IMG/VR virus record: IMGVR_UViG_3300027808_003251
Span: 1 to 40,987 of that record
Source: a virus
Lineage: Duplodnaviria; Caudoviricetes
Length of the DNA stretch: 40,987 nt
Direction: 5' to 3' (one strand)
The notes under the pieces were generated by a model. It had not been told where the DNA came from and did not search any database. It saw nothing but the letters and a program-made list of their open reading frames with translations. Within the stretch, counting starts at the first letter, position 1. Each line of letters starts with the position of its first letter. Made by a program: the position numbers and the translations under genes. Positions 34,526 to 40,987 of this stretch are shown one piece after another.

Positions 34526-34594
34526 TTGTATTATTTAGTGGGTGCAAAATTCTAATAAATATCTATTACTGCTTGCAAAGCAAAAGGAACAATA

Positions 34595-36259
34595 ATGACC
34601 AGTCAGATCAACCCAGAGAATATAGATGCTTCGTATCCGGTGGCCGGACAACCCAATAATACGCAAGGCTTTCGTGACAATTTCACCAACACCAAAGTCA
34701 ACTTTCAGTATGCTGAGGACGAAATCAACGACCTTCAGAGCAAAGCTGTATTAAAGGCCGCACTGACTGGTACCACATTAGATAACAACATGAATGATGC
34801 GCTGATTTATGCAGCCAAAATTCAAGACTTTTCAGCCACGTCAGTTGCTATCACTGCCACAGCAGGATCTATTGTGGTGGATTACAGTGCAGGACACTAC
34901 CAAACTATTTCAACAACAGGCAACATCAATGTCAGCATTGGCAATTTCCCAACTGCTCCGGCTTTTGGATATATTAAACTACAACTGGTAATAGATGCTC
35001 CTGGTAGAACTGTTACATTCTCGGGCATGACCACACTGTATGGCACCACAGGTGTTCAAGGCATGATAGGTAATACCATTACATTTGCTGCCACTGGCAC
35101 ATATGAGTTTGCATTCCAAACCAATAGTGGTGGCACAACTGTCACCATGTTTGATCTAAACAGACCGTTAAATTACTATACTAATTCAGTTACTATTGCC
35201 GGCAGTCTTTCTGTTAGTGGCAACATAGTTGGTAACATAGTTACTACTACACAAACATTCACAGGAAATCTAACAGGTGGAAATTTGCTTACAGCCGGAT
35301 ATGTAACAGCAACTGGCAATGTGACTGGTGGTAATATAGTAACTGCTGGCAATATCAGTGGCTCACACTTTATTGGTAACGGAAGTCAGTTGACTGGCAT
35401 AACAGTTTCCAGTGGCACCGCTATTACAAATGGCAGTAGTAATGTAATTGTTGCTGCCAATAGCAATGTAACCATTGGGGTCGCAGGCACATCAGATATT
35501 GTACATTGGTCCAGCACCGGTGAATATGTCACTGGTCTGATTAGTGCTACTGGCAACATCTCTGGTGGTAATTTATCAACCAATGGTAATATTATTGCTG
35601 GAGGGTATGTGCTTGGTAACGGTGCATTATTAACAGGGGTGGCAGCATCCACAAATATTGTGTCAGGCACCACACAAATGGCAATTGAGTTACCAAGTGG
35701 AAATATACAAGCAACCATTGGCGGTACTGCCAACGTGGTAGTAATTTCCACATCAGGGCTTGGTGTTGCTGGATTTTTAGCAGCTACCGGCAATCTAGTT
35801 GGAAGTAATGTCAGCACAGTTGGGTTGATGACTGCAACTGGCAATGTAACTGGAGGTAACCTACGCACTAGTGGATTAATCAGCGCCGCTGGCAATATCA
35901 CGTCGGGCAACGTTGCCGTGACTGGAAATGTTAGTTTAACTGCCAATGTTATCGCCGGTAATTTAACAACAGGTTCACAAGTGGTTGCACTAGGTAATGT
36001 AACTGGCGGCAATATCAGAACTGACGGACAAGTGCTTGCAATGAGTGCTACTGCTATTCCGGCTGGCGGCTCAGCAGGTGCAGGCTATCAATTTTCGACC
36101 ACTGCAAACTTTGGTGTGTTCTTTGGATCAGGTGTGCCCACACTAAGTGCCGCTCAGGGATCGTTGTACCTGCGCAGTGACGGCAGCACAACCAATAATC
36201 GAATGTATGTCAACACCAATGGCACCACTGGATGGACTGCGGTTACAACTGCTAGTTGA
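34595..36259 (+). CDS. Tail fibre/virion structural protein with GNVTGGN repeats
   Basis: Repeated ATGNVTGGN-type units; YPVAGQPNNTQGFRDNF N-terminus; TAAATA at 34556-34561 and AAGGA SD. Confidence 0.8.
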   Translation: MTSQINPENIDASYPVAGQPNNTQGFRDNFTNTKVNFQYAEDEINDLQSKAVLKAALTGTTLDNNMNDALIYAAKIQDFSATSVAITATAGSIVVDYSAGHYQTISTTGNINVSIGNFPTAPAFGYIKLQLVIDAPGRTVTFSGMTTLYGTTGVQGMIGNTITFAATGTYEFAFQTNSGGTTVTMFDLNRPLNYYTNSVTIAGSLSVSGNIVGNIVTTTQTFTGNLTGGNLLTAGYVTATGNVTGGNIVTAGNISGSHFIGNGSQLTGITVSSGTAITNGSSNVIVAANSNVTIGVAGTSDIVHWSSTGEYVTGLISATGNISGGNLSTNGNIIAGGYVLGNGALLTGVAASTNIVSGTTQMAIELPSGNIQATIGGTANVVVISTSGLGVAGFLAATGNLVGSNVSTVGLMTATGNVTGGNLRTSGLISAAGNITSGNVAVTGNVSLTANVIAGNLTTGSQVVALGNVTGGNIRTDGQVLAMSATAIPAGGSAGAGYQFSTTANFGVFFGSGVPTLSAAQGSLYLRSDGSTTNNRMYVNTNGTTGWTAVTTAS

Positions 36260-37384
36260 TTATAGATATCTACTGTAAAAGTCCACAATATCAGGAAAGG
36301 TTTTCTTCCAATCCTGACCTCTTAAGGCGTCAAATTTTTCAGTTTGTGTTATGAATCTTTTTATGGCTTTGGGATTTTCTTTCCAATTGTCACCAATGGT
36401 ATGAATCTGTTTGGTGCCTGCTAACGCATTTGCATATTCTTGTGTGATGTGTCTGACATCAAGATACTCATGGGATGCCAATTGTGCGCTATAATTAACT
36501 ACATCCCCTTCTCGATTAGAGTTAAAGTTTTTACTGACCCAGGTAGAAACTTCATCAAAATAAAACAAATTTAAACAACTGATAGTCTCTTGAACCATAA
36601 ACATCACATTACTCGGCAAAGATTGGCGTAGTTCTAAAATGTTGTTTGCAACTTGATTCCAGTCAGCTGGCCAACGCAAATATTCAAATCTATTTTGAGT
36701 ACTGTCCATGCTAATCATTAGTTTTACTAATTTAAATTTTTCAATAATATCAAAATATTTAGGGTCAATGGGTTGAGTCCCGTTGGTTTGAAAAACCAAC
36801 TGCAATCGATTTTTAGCATCAGGCACCAATTTACTTAGAAGGTTGGCAGTATGCCAATAGGTATTACCCATCAGAGTTTCACCGCCACAGAATTGAACCA
36901 TTTCAAGATTTGTAAGATCTAAATTTCTTAACATCTGTTCAATTTTAAACAGATTATCAGTTGCCGGAAAAGATGCTGTGTAAAGATTGTTGTCTTTAAG
37001 ATGCTTGGTCCAGAATGTACTAGAGTGTGGTCCACATATTCTACATGCTAGATTACAATTTCGATCAAATAATAAATCAATACGTTGTGGACCAGTTAAG
37101 TTTTGTTTGACTCCAAATTTGTCAATCATGGCCTGCCTAAAACTTCTTGATCCAGCTTTTTCCAAACGTTCACACTGCCAACATTCAGGATGCCATTCAT
37201 TACGATTATTTTTTTCTCGTAGTTGCTGTAAGTTTTCGTGGTTCCAGTCAACTGTTGATTCATCTGACAGATTTAGACTATTTGTACTTAAACAACATTG
37301 ATTGTATGTTAATTTATTAGTAGAATTTTTAATATCGATGTTGAGCCCACCATGAATCATTGGACAATAAATGTTGTTTTGCAT
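36260..37384 (-). CDS. Radical SAM protein with N-terminal SPASM/twitch-like Cys cluster
   Basis: CNLACRIC and GGET; N-terminal CP...CC...CWQC. Start moved to ATG 37384. Confidence 0.88.
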   Translation of the reverse strand: MQNNIYCPMIHGGLNIDIKNSTNKLTYNQCCLSTNSLNLSDESTVDWNHENLQQLREKNNRNEWHPECWQCERLEKAGSRSFRQAMIDKFGVKQNLTGPQRIDLLFDRNCNLACRICGPHSSTFWTKHLKDNNLYTASFPATDNLFKIEQMLRNLDLTNLEMVQFCGGETLMGNTYWHTANLLSKLVPDAKNRLQLVFQTNGTQPIDPKYFDIIEKFKLVKLMISMDSTQNRFEYLRWPADWNQVANNILELRQSLPSNVMFMVQETISCLNLFYFDEVSTWVSKNFNSNREGDVVNYSAQLASHEYLDVRHITQEYANALAGTKQIHTIGDNWKENPKAIKRFITQTEKFDALRGQDWKKTFPDIVDFYSRYL

Positions 37385-37385
37385 A

Positions 37386-38858
37386 TTATGACTTCTTAAT
37401 TTGACCCAGCAATTGCTTGAGTTTTGCACTTTGCACGTCGGCTGTGACTTTTTCTGTGTCTTCTGATTTTAACTCCTTACCCCCTGCTTGATACTCCCAG
37501 GCATGTGTGCCTGTGGGCTTCTCCCACTTGGTAGATTTAGTGCTTTCAGTATCAACAGTGGTTATTTGGCTACGTGCTTTGATTGTGTCCATGATGCTAC
37601 TCTGAGGCTTGTTGTAACCTGTGCCTTCATCTCCACCCTCATCTGTAATGCGCATGGTTTCAATGTTGTATTCCAGGTCAATCTTTTGTCCCACGCCTGT
37701 TGAACTACGACTCTTCATACATTGTATTTGATACTTGCCACGCTCTTTCATTGACCGACTTGTAAAGATACCAAACACATTATCAGCAGTATTAATCTTA
37801 GAGATACCGCCCGAAATGTGCGAGTGATCAAACTCAACTTCTTCTACTGCGCTTCTGTTCAACTGTGATGCTGTGACCATTAGCACACCCAGCTCTTTGG
37901 CCAGGTTACGCAGTTCCTCACTCACATACTTGTCTTTTACAAACAAGTCATTGGGACTGACTTTTGCACTTACTGGCATCAACAAGTCCAAATAGTCAAT
38001 CATCACAAAGTCCACTTTCTTACCTGTCTGAATTTGATACTCTTTTAAGTAAGCACGAATGTCGTTGATATTGCTCTGTGCTGGCAATCCTTTGACTTGA
38101 TAGTTGCCCGACTTCTTGCCTACCAACAGCACTTTCATTGTGGTTGTGTCAATGTCCTTACGAATATCCTTGGTACTTGTCTGTGTTAGCATGGCATCTG
38201 TACGCAAACTTGTGAGCTCTTCTGACAGTTCTAATGTGATATAAACTCCACTCAATCCCTGTTGTAGCCAGTTGAGTGCGATATTCATCATAACCAAGCT
38301 CTTGCCTGAACCTGATCCGCCTGCAAAGATGTTTAGTTCTCCTCTACTGAATCCACCATGCAACAGCCTGTCCATTTGTGGCCAGCCTGTTGATACTTGT
38401 CCACCAGAGTTGAAGTACTTGTTGATTCTGGCTGAAGGATTAGCAAAGTAGTCTGTGCCCATGTCCTTGGTCAAGCTAATTTGTACAGCATCTTTGATCA
38501 GTTTCTCTACAGGATCAAAGTCGCCTTTTTCCAGCAAGTCTGCTGCCTTTAAAATAGCACGTTCAAGTTCCTGGCGTTTTGTAAACGATTCAAACTCTTC
38601 CATAAACCAATCATAATGGCCTTGATTTAGATCCGGAACTGGCGCAAGTTTAACTCCAGTGGTTGCCGAAATCTGCAACCTGTCGGGCATGGTCTTGTGC
38701 TTGTCACTGTGTTCTTTGATGAACTCTGCGGCTTTGCGCAGGCTTCGGTCAAAGTTCTCTGGATTGTAAATATTTTGAATGCGCACATAGCTGGACGCAT
38801 CTTCCAACATCATCTCTAAAAATAGTCTTTGGACATCAAGTCCGTATTCTTTTAGCAA
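37386..38858 (-). CDS. DnaB-like replicative helicase (T4 gp41-like)
   Basis: GGSGSGKS, ITLEL, IDYLDL, TASQLNR and KSR motifs. Confidence 0.93.
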   Translation of the reverse strand: MLKEYGLDVQRLFLEMMLEDASSYVRIQNIYNPENFDRSLRKAAEFIKEHSDKHKTMPDRLQISATTGVKLAPVPDLNQGHYDWFMEEFESFTKRQELERAILKAADLLEKGDFDPVEKLIKDAVQISLTKDMGTDYFANPSARINKYFNSGGQVSTGWPQMDRLLHGGFSRGELNIFAGGSGSGKSLVMMNIALNWLQQGLSGVYITLELSEELTSLRTDAMLTQTSTKDIRKDIDTTTMKVLLVGKKSGNYQVKGLPAQSNINDIRAYLKEYQIQTGKKVDFVMIDYLDLLMPVSAKVSPNDLFVKDKYVSEELRNLAKELGVLMVTASQLNRSAVEEVEFDHSHISGGISKINTADNVFGIFTSRSMKERGKYQIQCMKSRSSTGVGQKIDLEYNIETMRITDEGGDEGTGYNKPQSSIMDTIKARSQITTVDTESTKSTKWEKPTGTHAWEYQAGGKELKSEDTEKVTADVQSAKLKQLLGQIKKS

Positions 38859-39819
38859 GTTGTTTCTTCCTTATTTCTATCTTGATTTTACTTGTTTCTC
38901 TTGATTGCATTATAGTCAGCAAGGTACCAAGTCGACCCAACTCTACCACAGCATCGTTTATATCTTTAACGTGTGCAGGCCAGTTGGGTATGCTCACAGC
39001 CCATCCTAGTTCTACAGCACGATCAATTAGTTCTAGGCCAGCCATGTCCTGGTCTGGCACTACTGTTATTTGTTTTCCTAGACTGCGTATGAGTCTAGCC
39101 TGTCCATCGCTGATGGTGTTGTGCATCACGGCAAGTCCTCCAATGCTAAGTGCATCAAAGATACCTTCCATTACTAACGCATGGTCCCAGGCTTTGTTTT
39201 GTAGATCTGTGCCAAACACGTAGTTAGGTTGGCTGTCGGATATGTACTTAGGCGTTTTGTTGTCGAGAAATCTACATGTATAACCCACAATCTGGTCATT
39301 ATGGGTAAATGGAATTATCACATGCGGTCTTGTCCAGTGGATGCCATCGTTTTGTATCTGTACCATGACAGGAAAGTCTTCTGGCACCTTCCTTGAACGC
39401 ACGTAGTCTCTGTAGTTGCCTTCATCAGTTAGCAGTTCAGCAAACGGTGGCAGGTCACGTTCTTCAAACTCAATTGCAGAGAGTGAGTTAAAAGTTTTTT
39501 GCCGATCTTCTAATATGCCATTGATACTCCTGTGGCGCAGACTTTCCAAGTTAAGATAATCAATGTCTGCGTCTGCAACACCGAGCCAGGTTAAGAGCCT
39601 GCGGGCCTTAAAGCTCACTGAGCGGCCAAGGATAAAGCTGGCGGTGTATCCACAGTTGAAGCAGTGATAACTCCAACCTTGTTCGGTGGCCTTTAGGCCA
39701 CCACGTTGTCTTTTGTCTGGACTGTTGCCGTTGTGCCCGCAACAAACCGCATTGAAGCTGATCCATCCTGATGGAGTGTGTTTGCGTTTGCCGGGTAAGT
39801 AGGAGACAATGTCTAGCAT
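38836..39819 (-). CDS. DNA primase (T4 gp61-like)
   Basis: Zn finger (CC...YHCFNC); TOPRIM EGIFDA and PDQD; KDINDA. Confidence 0.9.
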   Translation of the reverse strand: MLDIVSYLPGKRKHTPSGWISFNAVCCGHNGNSPDKRQRGGLKATEQGWSYHCFNCGYTASFILGRSVSFKARRLLTWLGVADADIDYLNLESLRHRSINGILEDRQKTFNSLSAIEFEERDLPPFAELLTDEGNYRDYVRSRKVPEDFPVMVQIQNDGIHWTRPHVIIPFTHNDQIVGYTCRFLDNKTPKYISDSQPNYVFGTDLQNKAWDHALVMEGIFDALSIGGLAVMHNTISDGQARLIRSLGKQITVVPDQDMAGLELIDRAVELGWAVSIPNWPAHVKDINDAVVELGRLGTLLTIMQSRETSKIKIEIRKKQLAKRIRT

Positions 39820-39857
39820 CTGTTATACAGTATAACAGATTACTTAACACAAGTCAA
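39818..39857 (-). promoter_or_regulatory. sigma70 promoter TTGACT-17-TATACT embedded in a 23-bp palindrome
   Basis: -35 at 39852-39857; -10 at 39829-39834; ATCTGTTATAC-A-GTATAACAGAT at 39818-39840. Confidence 0.75.
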
Positions 39858-40928
39858 TTAACGATACATCAAATTGGTAACAGTACCGTTGTTTATGACA
39901 ACACTGGCGTAGACAGGATTACCAAATGTAATTGGCAAATAACCCGAACCACCATCTGTCACTGTGATAGGACCGCAACCACCATCAGATCCTATACTGG
40001 CCACTGCCTTGGCTCCTGCACCATTGCCCACAATTAACACATTTGGTGCTGCCACATAATTTTGGCCGGTGTTGTTGACTGTGATACCTGTGACCATTCC
40101 GTCAACCACTGTGGCAGTGGCAGTGGCGCCAAATCCTTGGCTCTGATTGAATGCCACCCGAAGCAGTGGATGAAACCCAAGCACATTAAGATAAATGCTT
40201 TCTGTTGCATCCATGTACTGTGTTGAGTCGGTCACATCATACCAAGGTGCTTCATAGTCCTCGGCTGCTTGTGCTTTGATTGTGCCTGTGTAATGTGTTA
40301 GATCCATTTTAATTGTGGTCAAGCTGGCACCGTGTGTGGGAATTTGACTTGAATAAAATTCTGTTGCGTGTGCGGCATTCAATGGCTGCGGTGTAAGAGC
40401 CCAGTCTGGCCAGGTGCTTGGAGGATTTTGCGGCCAAGCATTTGGGCCATAAATTGTGGGTATAGTCAAGTTGGCACTGTCTTGAAATTCTGGCAGTATA
40501 GAGTCCACAATGTTGCAATCTGCTCGTGCTTGGCTATTGGCATCTGTGTACACAGCTTGAACATAATTTCCTGAAGTACGTTGTATGCTGTAACTAGCAG
40601 GCTGTGCTACCAAATCAATGGTATCTTCTGTTGTCAGCACTACCTTGACTCTGCCAAGTGCGGCACTCAACGTTTCCATTGGTTTGCTGAGCAACAGCAC
40701 ATCGCCATTTTGGCCAATCATACGGAACACAAATGTGCTGCCGGTGATGTTTACAGGTTTTTGTTCCTGATTAATAAATTCAAACAAAAGCACATTATCA
40801 ACGCCTTTGTTTACAGTTAGTTGTTTTGCGTACACTGGATCGTACCTCGCTGTGAAATAGCCACCGCTGGTGTCAATCAATAACACTCTGGTGATTTGCT
40901 GATATAAGTAAACGGTGGTGGAATACAT
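39858..40928 (-). CDS. Virion structural protein (baseplate/tail-associated)
   Basis: C-terminal GATATA...ITV.N.G..Y repeats typical of large-phage structural proteins; TAAATA 7 nt before the ATG. Confidence 0.7.
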   Translation of the reverse strand: MYSTTVYLYQQITRVLLIDTSGGYFTARYDPVYAKQLTVNKGVDNVLLFEFINQEQKPVNITGSTFVFRMIGQNGDVLLLSKPMETLSAALGRVKVVLTTEDTIDLVAQPASYSIQRTSGNYVQAVYTDANSQARADCNIVDSILPEFQDSANLTIPTIYGPNAWPQNPPSTWPDWALTPQPLNAAHATEFYSSQIPTHGASLTTIKMDLTHYTGTIKAQAAEDYEAPWYDVTDSTQYMDATESIYLNVLGFHPLLRVAFNQSQGFGATATATVVDGMVTGITVNNTGQNYVAAPNVLIVGNGAGAKAVASIGSDGGCGPITVTDGGSGYLPITFGNPVYASVVINNGTVTNLMYR

Positions 40929-40940
40929 AGAACAATATTT

Positions 40941-40987
40941 ATGGGTAATAATATCTTTGACAAATTGACGGAAAAGTATCCGTTTAT
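40941..40987 (+). CDS. Start of a divergent hypothetical gene (MGNNIFDKLTEKYPF..., partial)
   Basis: ATG at 40941; frame open to the window end; only 15 codons visible. Confidence 0.45.
   Translation, partial: MGNNIFDKLTEKYPF

Noticed and set aside
5450-40820. Numerous 60-260 aa ORFs nested in or antisense to identified genes (e.g. 5484-6011, 15607-16380, 27741-28340, 35386-36012)
   Set aside because: Overlap motif-supported genes, lack initiation signals, and show typical antisense-frame composition.
1-40987. Alternative genetic code (stop-codon reassignment)
   Set aside because: Known genes are full length under code 11, with TAA, TGA and TAG all acting as stops; coding density is already high.

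Overview
This window is a ~41 kb fragment of a large lytic T4-like (jumbo-type) tailed phage genome. It is gene-dense and mostly minus-strand, with no tRNA, CRISPR or transposase that I can see. The host is probably a Proteobacterium (inferred from SD-led genes, consensus sigma70 promoters and proteobacterial-looking IscU/IscA/ClpX). From left to right it holds: sugar-modification genes; a phosphoesterase; a host-takeover block (ClpS, Hsp20, ribosomal protein bS21, ClpX); a sigma70-driven, highly structured ~255-nt RNA; early hypothetical genes with YccA and DNA ligase; baseplate/PAAR genes; glutaredoxin and NrdAB with an inserted RyR-repeat gene; a tail protein and an exonuclease; IscA and IscU interleaved with radical-SAM genes; putative internal head proteins, including a nucleotidyltransferase/ligase-like fusion; a fibre protein; helicase and primase. 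The most promising novelties are the structured RNA at 8206-8463, the apparently packaged NTase-ligase fusion and RyR protein, radical-SAM cassettes inserted at late promoters, and a late-promoter/hairpin translational switch on an unannotated 46-aa ORF. All family calls come from motif recognition by eye; no database searches were run.
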